45,149 nucleotides of DNA from Octopus sinensis (GCF_006345805.1 NW_021834840.1:1-45149), one strand, 5' to 3'. Counted from the first letter of the stretch, positions 1 through 13,613 are shown. Translations and numbers: made by a program. Notes: generated by a model not told the origin, from the letters alone.

Positions 1-170
1 GCCATTTCAAAATGAAAAATGGCTAAAACCCACGAAAGTTTTGAAAGTTTTTTTGTAATTTCGCCCCTACAGGGGCGGAATTCTACGTGAATAATTCTCA
101 GGTTTTTTAGTGAATGAACTTGCACACGATTAAAACAAAATATTTGACAACAAGGAGTTTTAAACATGTA

Positions 171-367
<197 letters not shown>

Positions 368-402
368 TGACACACACATACAGATAGATGCATACATACA
401 CA

Positions 403-512
403 AGTACTGAGTTTACAAAGAATAAGTCCCGGGGTCGATTTGCTCGACTAAAGGTGGTGCTCCAGCATGGCCCCAGTCAAATGACTGAAACAAGTAAAAG
501 AGTAAAAGAGTA
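403..512 (+). mobile_element. SINE family B (CORE-like tRNA SINE), 3' tail fragment
   Basis: ggggtcgatttgctcgactaaaggtggtgctccagcatggcc..gtcaaatgactgaaacaagtaaaagag matches the tails of the copies at 14365-14785 and 37285-37675. Confidence 0.8.
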
Positions 513-764
513 TAGATGAATTGATAGTTAAATAGATGGATAAGTATTTAGACGAATTGACGGATAAATAGCTAGCTGACATACATAGGAAAAGTAACAT
601 CAATAGATAGGAAGTTAGACGAATAGAACTGGGTAGAAAAGGCAGAGAGGGATCAGAGCGAAACATTTCCGAAAAGGAGGCATATGTGCAGTAGTAAAAT
701 AAATGACAGATTAAAGAAAATACGTTAACATTTTACTGGAGATTGTTATATATTGTTGATATAG

Positions 765-1450
765 AAGGCGGTGGGCTGGCAGAAACGTTAGCACGCCGGG
801 CGAAATGCTTAGCGCTTTATCGCCTGTCTTCACGTTCTGAGTTCAAATTCCACCGAGGCCGACTTTGCCTTTCATCATTTCAGGGTCGATAAATTAAGTA
901 CCAGTTGCGTACTGGGGTCAATCTGATCGACTGGTCCCCTCCCAAACATTTCGGGCTGTGTGCCCAGAGTAGAAAAGGATATAGAAGGCGGCGAGCTGGC
1001 AGAAACGTTAGCACGCCGGGCGAAATGCTTAGCAGTATTTCGTCTGCCGCTACGTTCTGAGTTCAAATTCTGCCGCGGTCGACTTTGCCTTTCATCCTTT
1101 CAGCGTCGATAAATTAAGTACCAGTTGTGTATTGCAATCGATTAAATAAATACCAGTTACGCATTGAATTCGATATAATCGACTTAATCCGTTTGTCTCT
1201 CCTTGTTTGTCCCTTCTGTGAGTAGCCCCCCCTTGTGGGCAGTAAAGAAATACGAAACGTTATTACGCCGGGCAAAATGATTTGTGGTATTTCGTCTGTC
1301 TTTGTGTTCTGAGCTCAACTTCCACCGTGGTCGACTTTGTCTTTCATCCTTTCGGAATCGATAAATTGAGTACCATTTCGTATTGCAGTCGATCTAATCG
1401 ACTGGCCCCTTGCCCCAAAGTTTCGAGCCTTGTGCCTAGGGTAGAAAAGA
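765..1450 (+). mobile_element. Tandem trimer of tRNA-derived SINE family A (units ~765-977, ~985-1252, ~1253-1450)
   Basis: Repeated head ggcggcgagctggcagaaacgttagcacgccgggcgaaatg, B-box-like gagttcaaattcc and body gactttgcctttcatcctttc; flanked by a 15-bp direct repeat atattgt(t/c)gatatag at 750-764 and 1451-1465. Confidence 0.9.
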
Positions 1451-1794
1451 ATATTGTCGATATAGTATTTGACTAATAAAGCTAAATTAAACACTTTGCT
1501 TTGACTAAACCAGCGACAGTGGAAGATGATTTAATATTTGCTCAATGAGGCTAGATTAAAAGCAGTCGTAAGATTAATCCTTTATCAATGGAAGGAATAA
1601 ACGTGTTTCTGTCGGAAGAGTAATATTGGAATAAGCAGTATTTTGAAAGGTATAATCCAAAATAATGTATTATGCTGCAGTTTATTTGCTTCAACATGGG
1701 AACACTAATATTACAAGGTAAGCACGAATCTCTATTATTCTAATAAGAAAATTCAGCAATATATCAAAGCTACAAGCGCAGGATTATATAGAAA

Positions 1795-2097
1795 CACACA
1801 CACACACATACGCACACATAAACACTGTCATATATGCACAGACACACACACACAATACACACACATTACATATCTATCTATTTATTTATCTATCTACATA
1901 TCTACCTTCTCTATCTATCTATCCATCCATCTATCTATCTACCTCTATCTATTTACCTATCTGTCTATTTATCTATCTATCTAGCTGTCTGTCTATATGT
2001 GTGTGTATGTATGTGCATATATATATATGTGTGGAGAGAGAGAGAGGGAGAGAGAGAGAGCACGCGAGAGATTGATACATAGATATAGATAGATAGG

Positions 2098-2129
<32 letters not shown>

Positions 2130-2136
2130 CAGATAT

Positions 2137-2182
<46 letters not shown>

Positions 2183-2183
2183 G

Positions 2184-2259
<76 letters not shown>

Positions 2260-2521
2260 TTATATGTAAATAAAGTAAATAAATCTATATATCAAGACAT
2301 AAACACACAGGAAAATATATCCACACGCACATATATATGTGTGTGCGCATGGGTGTATGCATGTGTAGAAATATTTATGTTTATGATTTTTGTTTTTATG
2401 CACATAAATATATTTATACGTGAATGCATATATCTATATGACGGATATTATTATGGGTATACACACAGACACACGCATACAGACAACACATACATGTGTG
2501 AATGTACCTATCTATCTATCT

Positions 2522-2582
<61 letters not shown>

Positions 2583-2600
2583 GTATCTATATATATACCA
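1795..2600. repeat. Compound microsatellite block (CA)n, (TATC)n, (GA)n, (GATA)n, (TA)n
   Basis: Directly visible. Confidence 0.95.
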
Positions 2601-2857
2601 GTGCAGACGTAACTAAATGCATTTATAAAATGAAATACTACGAAGCGTGGGATAAATGATATACAGGCAATCTTTAAAGGCGAAACATCTGACTCTGACC
2701 AATACTTTGTATAATGGCTCAGCGCGTTTAACGTAACTGACCCTAGGGTATCTAGAATGGAAATTGTATATCAAAAGTAAGATGTTTGATGAAATATTCA
2801 ACCACTGAACTGAACTTTTCCTTGACGAGAGTTAACAGTCAACAGTAACCGTCAGAT

Positions 2858-5800
2858 CAGGGCTAAACACAGAATATAAATGGACGAAATACAATGTAGA
2901 GTTTTTTTTCTTTTCGAGGTGGGAAGGGTGGGACATACAAAGAAAAAAAAAGGTTCGATCAATAGGGATCTGTGGATTGTGTGGAGTATAAAAATATAAT
3001 ATATATATATATAAATAAAGTTCACAGTTTAGGTGTAGCCCTGGAAGGAAAAACCTGAACACATGAGTAAGTCGCCTTACCTCTGGTTGTCTCTTTTGGT
3101 CACAGATTTACACTTAAAATAGTGTCGTTTTTCATACTGACCATTTTTGCCACTTTTACCCACTTTTTATTAAAACATTCGTTCGACAAAACCTTCCTCT
3201 CTATTATCATCCTCCTTTTCAAGTGGTACTTGAAAAAGTTGACGAGAGACTGACCAGAGAGGAAGGTGTTTGTTTGCAGTCCTTTCAAACGCGTCCACCA
3301 CACACATTCTTTCGCCATAGCCATCAGCGTAACGAAAACCGTTTTCCCTTCCCGTTTAAAGGAAGGTGGTGGAACAATATTCACGATAGACTCGGAGGAT
3401 AAGCGGACCCGACCTACACGCGACAACAGCTGTTCGACGAAGGTCCACAGCTCTGAAATATCTGGACACTGCACGAGTGCGTGCAGAACGGTTTCGTCGC
3501 TCTGATCGCATCTCGGGCAGGTCGGTCCAGTGATGGTTTTCGAACCGTGTCTGTAGCTCTTCTCTCGAACAGGTTGTGCGTCTCGATAGCATTGCCAAGC
3601 CAGGGATTTCTGGAAGTTATCCATAGGCCCCGGCCCGAACGTCGTCCTCAACAGGCGGGTTAGGAATTTCTCGTCGACACCCAGGTTTGCCCCGAGTTTG
3701 TCGTCGGACCTCCCCTCCACCAGTCTTCTATAGAACGCTTTAGTCGTTTGTAAGTTGCACAATTTTGACCCCGGTCGGCAGAGCTGCTGTAGAGCTTGGC
3801 GACACTCTCGGTGCCAATCGCCCAGTTTCGGTCTCTTCCTGTTCCACGTTTGCAGTTCGGTCAGTGAGACGAGCTGCGGGAAGGCGCGCCTCACATACGG
3901 CGCCCACACCTGTTCACCGTCATCGATGAAGTTCCGGAGATGTCGCAGTCTCAGCGCATGCCTGCGCATCATCAATCACGGCATGCCTAGTCCTCCATTC
4001 AACGGATATTGACAGCAAATGGACCTCCTCACCATTGGAACGCCACCCTTCCACAGGAAGCAGAAGAGTATGCGTTCCAGTTTGGTGATGGTGGCGTCGG
4101 GACAAGGCACGACGGTCAGGCGGTAATCGATGACGGATGTGATGTACGCGTTCGCCACCTCCACCCGACCTTTTAGAGACAGCTTTCTCTCGGCCCAAGT
4201 TTGGCTGAGAGCGACCACTGTACTCGTGATCTCGTCCCAGTTCTTATCCATTTGGAGGTCCGGACTGAACCAGACCCCGAGCAATTTAACCGGTCCGTCC
4301 GTCCAGCGTCCCACTACTGAGCTGCAGTTGGACGGTATGGGCTTGCTTCTCCAGGTGCCGAGTAGCAAACCCACTGACTTTTCCGGGTTAATCTTCGCTC
4401 CCGTCACCGTTTCGTATTTTCTTAGTGTCTCGTCTATCATCTGGATGTGTTTTTCGCTCGACACTATGACGGTGACATCGTCCGCATATGCCGACACTCT
4501 CGTCCCGCAACCCAGTTCCCGTGGGATGCCCCTCAGTGTCGCCAGCTTCCGCAGTAGCGGCTCGAGAGTCAATACATACAGAACGCCGACAGGGACACCC
4601 CTGACGACCGAACGCGTGATGTCAAACGTTTTCGACAGGTGGCCGTTCACCCGAATCATCACCGATCGGATGCCGCTATACAAGGCAGCGATCCAACCGC
4701 GGAAGACGGGACTGAAGCCAGTGGCCCTGAGGACGGCCCGCCAAGTACCGATGGTCGAGACCTATCGAAGGTTTAGACTGATCCAATTTATCAGCGCCCC
4801 ACCCATGCCAGAATCCTTAACTACCCTGTCCACAATGTAGCGCATCAGATGGAGGTTGTCATGTAGGTTCTGCCCGGCAGGGCGCATGTTTGTGCCGTCA
4901 ACCAGTTTTACCAATGACAAGCGCCACTCTCGGCTATTACTTTGGCCAAAATTTTCAAATCTGTGTTGAGCAGAGTGATGGGCCTGAAATTATCTATAAA
5001 ATTCCCCTTGTTTGGGTCTTTCTTCAGCAACGTCACTGCACCTCGCTCACGAAACCGGGGATTCTCCCGTTTTGTTGCCAGTTGCAATAGACTGATGCCA
5101 AGAGGTCGCCAAACAAGTCTGGCATTTGACAGTACAGCTCGTAGGGTAAACCATCCGATCCAGGCGACTTATCCCTCGCGCAGCCCGCCATCGCATCCCG
5201 CACGTCAGCGGCTGTGATGGGGCTTTCACAACACTCCGCTTCTCTTGCCGAGAGCCGCGGCAGGTCGATCAGGTAGGCACTGAAATCCATCCCGCGTTCC
5301 GACCCACCACTCGCACCAAACAGTCGAGCAAACTGCTGTAAAAAGGTCTCACACATCCTTTCGGGTTCGAGTAAACTGCATCCCTGTAGATCTATTAGAT
5401 CTATTAGAGACCGAATGGTGGCTCTGTTGCCACGCTGCACCTCCGCTACCCGGGCCTCTCGCGCAGCTTCGATCCCTTCGTTCCTTAAGGCACGCATTTT
5501 AGCTCTGACGACGCAACCCTCGTGCTCGGCGTTGAGGTGTTGGTCGAGGGCCATCCTCGCAGCCAGCACGCTGGTTGCGCTGCCAGTGGTAAGTGCCTCT
5601 TCTAGATTCTTAATCAGGTCTCCCTCTACTCTATTTCGATCTATCGCTAATTCCTTGCTAAATCTAATTGATTCCAATGTTATTGCCATTTTCAGGGCGA
5701 ACCACCAGCGGTTAACGACGACTCCCGTCAGCGCCCTCTTAATTAACTCGCTAATCCGGTTCCTGTAAACCTGTCGCGCTAAGAACGAGGTGTTCAGTTT

Positions 5801-5977
5801 CCAGTAACCGGGACCCTGTCTATGTGTCTTATCTAAGTCGAACGTACACATCACAAATTTGTGATCTGTGTAGCTGACTATTTTAAATTGTGGACATCCT
5901 ACACTATCCCTATCCGCTGTCCTGCATAGAATTCTATCTAGATAAGATCTCGACGATCCGGCGCGGTTTGTCCAAGA
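2858..5977 (-). mobile_element. Tx1-clade (L1-group) non-LTR retrotransposon, copy 1; 5'-truncated, frameshifted ORF2 plus 3' UTR
   Basis: APE endonuclease C-terminal motifs (SYLDRI, YTDHK, WKLNTS), KSPGSDGLPYE, RT motif AYADDV, LLGVWF, GGLGMP, CPRC..ETVLHALVQC zinc knuckle; stop at 3100; in-frame stop near 3976 and several frameshifts; 3' UTR homologous to 10525-10916. Confidence 0.92.
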
Positions 5978-5980
5978 CAA

Positions 5981-6027
<47 letters not shown>

Positions 6028-6170
6028 CATACATACATACATACATAAATAGATACATAGATACATAGATAGACACACAGACAGATGGATGGATGGATAG
6101 ATAGACGGGTGGATGAATAGTTAGTTCGATGGATCGATAGGTGAATGGAAGAACAGATAGATAGGTTGAT
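5981..6170. repeat. (GATA)n array, degenerating distally, abutting the 5' end of Tx1 copy 1
   Basis: Directly visible; fuses in frame with the LINE ORF to give the artefactual 5033-6232 ORF start. Confidence 0.93.
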
Positions 6171-6582
6171 AAAAATTGATAAATTGAAAGATGTATTGAA
6201 CGATGCATACATGCATACAGATATATATACAATTATACATGCATACGTGCATATATACAATTATACATGCATACGTTGATGCATTCGTATTTGCATAAAT
6301 GTCCACATATATACATGTATACATCTAATTTTGTTAGTGTTCCAGAAATAAAAGCGTCAATGTAAATGATAAATACAATCAGTAGTAAGGTTGATTGCTT
6401 TGTTTTTCATGAAGCTAGATTCAGCTCAAGTAAATATACTTCGTGGAAGAGGTTAAATGATGTAGAAACATGTATACACATATATATATGCATACAGCCA
6501 TGCATATATATAGATATATATATATATATATATATATGCATACATATTCATATATACTCATATATATACATACATACACAAA

Positions 6583-6631
<49 letters not shown>

Positions 6632-7322
6632 AATAATATATACATATATGCAATATACATACAAATACGTACATACCTACATATATATGTTTATTACATG
6701 CATATATGGGTACAGGACATCAAAAAACGTTGAACACAATGATAAACGAAAACAACAAAACCTTGAAACGAACTTTTTTGCGAACAACGAAAAAAAACAG
6801 AGAAACGAGACATGCAATATATAGAATATTCCCCTTCTTCAGTTGTCTCTCTTTCATCTACTCCGCGTTACCGCGGCAAGGACAATACTCGATTTCGTCG
6901 AAACAGTCCTTCCCGCAAAGCAAATTAAATAAAATTGGGGATATTTTGTGGAGGTTGAAATTGGTAACAAGAACAGGACAGTGAGAACAAGACGATAGAA
7001 AAATTGTTAAGAACGTTAGGGAGACGAGCTTATGAGAGGAGACAGAATAAGCACGTGTTGTCTTTAGGAAGGTAATGGGCAGAAAGATAGATTCTCTTTC
7101 GTCACGTGTCAGCAACGAGGGAGTCAGCGAAGTGGAGGAGGAGTTAGAAAGAGGGAACGGTGAAGATGAGAGGAGAAGAATAGGGAAGGGTGGCTGAGAA
7201 AACCAGAAAGAATGAAGAACAAGAGAGGGAGAGAGATAGACAGAGAAGAGATAGGAGATAGAAGAGTGCACATCGTAATTATTACGATAAAACTTACTTG
7301 GAAAAGGATGCGTGGCGTTCAA

Positions 7323-7329
7323 ACACACA

Positions 7330-7382
<53 letters not shown>

Positions 7383-7524
7383 TAGATAGATAGATATATA
7401 TACATATATATATATATATATACATATATATATGTTTGTGTGTGTATGTATATATATATATATATATAATATATATATATACATATACATATATAACATA
7501 TATATATGTTTGTGGTGTATGGAT

Positions 7525-7577
<53 letters not shown>

Positions 7578-8054
7578 TAATATACACATAACCATAGGTG
7601 AAATATAGAGAAAGTCTCAAAGTGGGGAAGAGTCAGAGAGGGGAAGAGAGAGAGAGTAAAAGAGAGAGAGAGAAACAGCAACACAGTGATAGAACAAGGT
7701 CGGCTCCATTTGAAACCTAATAATCTATAAATACATTATCTAATAATTTTTTTCTAATTCTATAGCTTATAATTTCAAGGATAATTAATAACTTGCTACT
7801 TCGGCAATTGGAAAGGGTCTCTCATAGGGCCCTTCAGAAAAGAATAAACCATGTATTAAAGTGTAAAACTAAACCATTTTGAAGAGGGTCTAGCATGTGT
7901 GTGGTGCCACTGAACTCAAATTTCTAATTCATTTACATATGCATGTATCTGTATATGTATATATGTATGTGTGTATCTACACACAAACACACACACGCAT
8001 ATATATATATGTGTGTACATAAGTTATATGCCTATATACATATATATCTGTCTT

Positions 8055-8139
<85 letters not shown>

Positions 8140-8323
8140 ATCAATCTATCTATCTATATATATATAGAGAGAGAGGGGGGAACAGATACACCCACACACA
8201 TATATATATATATATCACGTGGCCGAGCAGGCTATCAGATGCTGCTACACATCGCTGGTTACAATGCGCTTCACATTGTTTTAGCCTTTAAATGACGCCA
8301 CCCCGCTGGCGAAGCGAGCAGGC

Positions 8324-8363
<40 letters not shown>

Positions 8364-8370
8364 CGTGCGT
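7323..8370. repeat. Clusters of (CA)n/(TA)n/(GA)n/(TATC)n microsatellites with short spacers
   Basis: Directly visible. Confidence 0.85.
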
Positions 8371-9070
8371 ATGTGTGTGTATACACACAGAGACACACGC
8401 AAACACAAACATACACACGAACCGGATAGATTACGACAAAAACGAGTCTTTAATATTTAGTACCTACGCAAAGGCAGCTGGCTGGCAGAATTGTTACTAA
8501 GCCGGAGAGAATGTTTAGCGATGTTTCGTCCGTCTTTGACATGGTCAAAATGATAATGTCAAAAATGCCACAGAAGTTTCTTTTCCAACTAGTGTAATTC
8601 TGAAATACCAGTAGAGTTGGTTATAAGACCAGAATTCCATTGGATTTAAAATTTTAGGTTATCACCTTCGACTGAATACCAACGGAGGACGCTTCTTAGA
8701 ATCAGTTCAGTAAGTGATGGACCCTTGCTGAAATTGCAGAGACTAGGTTGCATAATTGCATATAGAGTAACGTGCATTCGCAGCAGTCGAAACATACGTA
8801 GGTCAGTGTTATAAAAAAAAGCTTTAATAAAAATGTTTTCACTGTGAATAAATCTCAATTCCCGTCTTCATTATCAATTACATACTCTACGGAATATTTG
8901 CAGTTTTGAGAGAACACAGACCTACTCAACGAGTGAAACTTAGCGGTGCCAGTTGTCTCTTTTAAGCTTAAGTTTTATGCAATTAGACCGTTGTGGATAG
9001 CCTGCATCTATACCAATTTGAGAGATAATATGGTATCCAACTGAATAATTTATCCCGTTTATAATCTATA

Positions 9071-9111
<41 letters not shown>

Positions 9112-9159
9112 TATAATATATATATACATATACATACATATATATGTATTTTATATGCA

Positions 9160-9189
9160 TATCTATCTATCTATCTATCTATCTATCTA

Positions 9190-9240
<51 letters not shown>

Positions 9241-9274
9241 CCATCTATCTACCTATCTATTATTATCTATCTAT
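9160..9274. repeat. (TATC)n array abutting the 5' end of Tx1 copy 2
   Basis: Directly visible. Confidence 0.95.
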
Positions 9275-10916
9275 GAGAAGCAAGCCCATGCCGTCCACCA
9301 GCGCCTCCGTCGTGGGACGGGACCGACGGCCGGTTGAGTTGCTCGGGGTCTGGTTTGGTCCGGACCTCCAAGTGGAGAAGAACTGGAACGAGATAACGAG
9401 TAGGGTGGTCACTCTCGCCCGGCAATGGGCCGAGAGGAAACTGTCCCTAAAAGGTCGAGCGGAGGTGGCGAACACGTACATCGCGTCCGTCATCTACTAC
9501 CGCCTGACCGTCGTACCTTGTCCCGACCCTACCATCACCAAACTACAACGCATCCTCTTTCGCTTCTTGTGGAAAGGATGCGTCCCGATAGTCAGGCGAT
9601 CCATTTGCTGTCAACACCCGTTAAAAGGAGGGCTGGGCATGCCGTGGTTGATGATGCGCAGACACGCGCTGAGACTGCGACATCTCTGGCTCTATGTAGA
9701 CGACGGTGAACAGGTGTGGTCGCCGTTTGTGAGGCACGCTTTCCGCAGCTCGTCTCCATGACCGAACTGCAGTCGTGGATCAAAAAGAGGCCGAGGAAGG
9801 GCGAAGGGCGAATGGCACCGCGGTGTCGCGTTGCTCTCAAGCAACTCTGCCGTCTGGGTCGACCTTAAGTGACTTCAACAAACACAAACAAAGCATTCTA
9901 TAGGAGTTTAGTGGAGGGGAGGTACGACGACGAGCTCGGGGCGAACCTGGACGTCGACGAGGAGTACCTGACCCGCCTGTTCGGGACGACTTTCGGGCCA
10001 GGGCCCATGGACAACTTCCAGAGATCCTGGCCTGGCAGTGCTACCGAGAAGCGCTACCCGTTCGGGATAAGCTCTACAGACACGGCTCGAAACACGGGGC
10101 CGACCTGCCCGAGATGCGGTCAGAGCGACGAAACCGTTCTGCACGCACTCGTTCAGTGTCCAACAATTTCCGACCTGTGGGCTTATGTCGAACAACTGCT
10201 GTCACGTGTGGGACGAGTCGGTTTATCAGCTGAGTCTATCGTCAATATTGTCACGCCTCCTTCCTTCAAACGGGAAGGAAGAGCTATTTTCATCATCCTT
10301 GTGGCTATGGCGAAAGAATGTATCTGGTGGACGCGTCTGAAAGGATTGGAGACAAACACTTTCCTCTCTGGTCAATCTCTCATCAACTTCTTCAAGTACC
10401 ACTTGAAAAGGAAGTGAGAGTAGAGAGGCAAGTTTTGTCTAGCGAATGTTTTAAAAAAAGATGGGTGAATGTAGCAAGAATGGCACGTATGAATGACGAA
10501 GCCACCTTGAGCATAGTCCTATGAAACCAGAAGTCGAAAACAGAGAGTTGCTTATTTGCAAAAAAAAAAAAAAAAAAAAAGAAATATAAAATGTGACTTC
10601 ATTGACCGAGGTTACCGTGGTCTTTTCCGCAGGCTTTTCTTTCCACGGGTAACCTCACCTGTCCTCCCCTTTACACTTCATATTGACATTTCTGTGATAA
10701 CGATCCCTATTGATCATTTTTTTTTCCTCTCCCCCCCCCCCTTTTTTTTTTTTTTTTTTTTAACCCCCCTTATTTTTGTCCTCTTTCTCTCCTTTTACGA
10801 TCCCTTTTGATCGAACCTCCCCTTCCTTTTTTTTTTTTTTTTAATACCTTCAAAAGAAAAGCTCTACCTTGTAATTGTTCTATCTGTGTGCAGCCTGTGT
10901 GGCTAATAAGAAACAT
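9275..10916 (+). mobile_element. Tx1-clade LINE copy 2; 5'-truncated ORF2 C-terminal half plus complete 3' UTR
   Basis: Translations closely match copy 1 (WAERKLSLKGRAEVAN, GGLGMPWLMMRRHALRLRHL, GPTCPRCGQSDETVLHALVQC); frameshifted; ends cagcctgtgtggctaataagaaacata. Confidence 0.93.
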
Positions 10917-11157
10917 ATATATACCAGAGATGCAGCACGGACTTTGTCAGTGAACAGGTCACGGATTTTAGCGACGAAAATATTTGACAAATTAAACTTA
11001 AATGTTGAAGTGAATCGAACGGCTTTTGTGTGTTTCTTAAATGGCTTATAAACACCTTCCACGCTGCAATTGTTTTCCTTTCAGCACACGATCTCAGATC
11101 AAATTACTTGCTATGCGAGTACTCCGTATATCTATACTATATATATATATATATATA

Positions 11158-11211
<54 letters not shown>

Positions 11212-11457
11212 GTATGTATGTATGTATGTATGTATATATGTATGTAGCGTATGAGAGTATTGATGACAAGAAGACTCAAAGGTGTCAGGTAATGTCGTTT
11301 TTTAAGTGCTATAGATAGACTATAGTTATGCTCCAGGTTAGATAATGATACGAAGTCCAACGTAGGTCGTGTATTAGCATGTATATATATAAAAATTAAC
11401 AGAATGAGATTATAAAAATCCAAGGCTGGGAATAGTTTTCAGAATATTTATAAACAG

Positions 11458-11505
11458 GTCTTACAGCTGTTTCTGGGTTATTTTATATATCCCTTCATCA
11501 GAGAC
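11458..11505 (-). ncRNA. Minimal type I hammerhead ribozyme motif (inverted partner)
   Basis: Reverse complement reads gtct-CTGATGA-agggatatataaaataaccca-GAAA-cagctg-TA-agac with palindromic ACAGCTGT stem III. Confidence 0.68.
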
Positions 11506-11780
11506 GGTGCGAGAAAATGTTTAAGTAATAGTTTTTATTGAGAATATACGAATTACACAGTGAAGTGGAGGATTGAAAACAGATATGAGATACGTAAGGA
11601 TTTTGTATCTGCAGTTCCATTATTAAAGTAGAATGTTGTATATATAATTTTCTTGTACCTGTTTAAATAATGAAACTGCAGATACAATATCCTTACGTAT
11701 CTCACGTCTGTTTTCAATCTTGCACTGTATGCCATATCTTCCCTATAGTAACTATTACTATAGTAACATTTTCTCGCACC

Positions 11781-11828
11781 GTCTCTGATGAAGGGATATA
11801 TAAAATATCCCGGAAACAGTTGTAAGAC
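11781..11828 (+). ncRNA. Minimal type I hammerhead ribozyme motif
   Basis: gtct-CTGATGA-a-gggatat/ataaa/atatccc-g-GAAA-cagttg-TA-agac: stem I gtct/agac, 7-bp stem II, near-palindromic stem III, GUA cleavage triplet at 11822-11824. Confidence 0.72.
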
Positions 11829-11890
11829 CTTCTCTTTATAAATATTCTGAAAACTATTCTCAGCCTTGGACTTTTTACCTCATTCTGTTA

Positions 11891-11892
<2 letters not shown>

Positions 11893-11933
<41 letters not shown>

Positions 11934-12100
11934 TCTCTCTCTCTCTCTCTCTTTCTATACATATATATATATATATAAATATATATACACATGCAGATAC
12001 ATATGCATATATATATATATATACACATAGAGAGGTAGATAAATAGATACATACAAACACATGTACACACGCATGCATATACATTACGCGCACACATGTA

Positions 12101-12131
<31 letters not shown>

Positions 12132-12173
12132 GTATATTTATATATATATACATGTATATATATATATATATAT

Positions 12174-12212
<39 letters not shown>

Positions 12213-12216
12213 TATA

Positions 12217-12247
<31 letters not shown>

Positions 12248-12265
12248 GTTTATAATATATGTGTG
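11893..12265. repeat. (CT)n and (TA)n microsatellites
   Basis: Directly visible. Confidence 0.95.
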
Positions 12266-13379
12266 GTTATGTCGTGTTGTTAGTGCGCGAGTTCCGGCTC
12301 CTACTAACCGTTTACACTTTCAATAGTCTACATTAGTTATCTGATCTGACCAGTAGTTTAATGTCTTCCGTCTAGCAATAAAAGCAGTGACATAGAAAGT
12401 ATTTCAAGCTATCTCGAAAAGTCGAATTGTCTGAAAGATATTTTAAACTTTAAATCTCACAGTAAGCGCAGTTTTCAGTGATATTTAAACGATACACTCA
12501 ATCAAATTCGTGTCAAAGATACAACAACATATAATATTTAGAAGGCAATATAGAAAAATGAATATTGGTTTCCTCTAAGGAGTGCTTTTGGCGTACTTTG
12601 ATATAGTTTCCCTCCCAACTGAATCTCCATAAAGATATGAATTTGATATAGGAGAATACACGAGGGGTTAGAGCGTACTGGCGTACTTAAATATCTATCT
12701 GTAAAGAATTTCAGCCATTAATTTGAAACTAATATCAGTAAGATAATAACCCTTACAATATATCGTATGTTTGCGTGAGAGAAAATGACTGAGATAAAGA
12801 GAGCGGGTGATAGAGAGAGAGAGAAAGAGAAAGATGAGAGAAGGATGTACATGTATAGATGAGAAAAGAGAGGGAGAGATAGTTAAAAAGCTGATGTTAT
12901 CCAAAGATATGTATCGCTTGACATGTCAAGCCAGTATCCTTTTATAATTGAGTAAAGTAATTTATCTCGAGTAATATCTTTGGTGTTTAAACAGCAAAAT
13001 AAATCTGACTGTCTTATTCTATAATCGAAAAACAAAATAAAATAGAATAAAATAAAAGCAGAATATAGAAGGAAAAGTTAAAAACTGGAAGAAAAAAAAA
13101 GGAAAACATAAATAAAAAGCGAAACAGAAAATGAAACCTCCAAATGATGTCAACTGTCAAAATTGGACTTTTAAAGCAAGTTTCAAAGATTGCAATATTA
13201 AATACAGTGAATAGTGTAAATATTAATATAGTTGAGGAAATTCAAGTTTACTAATGTATGTCTCCCTCTCTGGACCTCTCTTACTCTCTCTCTCTCTCTC
13301 TCTCTCTCTTCTTTGCCCATTTCTCATACTCTGCCCCACACACTTTTCACAAACACTTACACATACATCTACACGTACA

Positions 13380-13431
<52 letters not shown>

Positions 13432-13547
13432 AAGTATATGTGTAGTAGAGGGTAAATAAGTGTTTGCGCAATTTATACATATGCGTGTGGCTCAGAGCGC
13501 CTGTCTATTCATATATTTACCAATACATGCAACTGAAGAACTATTAC

Positions 13548-13613
<66 letters not shown>

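Larger units (their letters stand above)
11419..11870. mobile_element. Foldback / inverted-repeat element, probably inverted pLTRs of a Penelope-like element
   Basis: Outer arms 11419-11521 and 11765-11870 and inner arms ~11570-11627 and ~11661-11720 are reverse complements; each outer arm carries a hammerhead motif. Confidence 0.7.

Noticed and set aside
58-83. Short hairpin aatttcgcccct-ac-aggggcggaatt as a Helitron-type terminus
   Set aside because: Element is cut by the window edge and no other diagnostic feature is visible
765-1450. CRISPR-like or prokaryotic repeat array
   Set aside because: Units are ~200-270-bp SINEs without unique spacers; the context is eukaryotic with no cas or other prokaryotic genes
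4130-4840. 236-aa plus-strand ORF
   Set aside because: Antisense shadow of the GC-rich Tx1 RT region; no independent evidence
5033-6232. 399-aa ORF as an intact protein
   Set aside because: The N-terminal ~85 aa are microsatellite read-through fused to a truncated LINE ORF2; the same applies to 9144-9761
6705-6995. Possible Penelope pLTR with CTGAAGA on the minus strand
   Set aside because: I could not assemble a complete hammerhead fold or find an ORF; left unclassified
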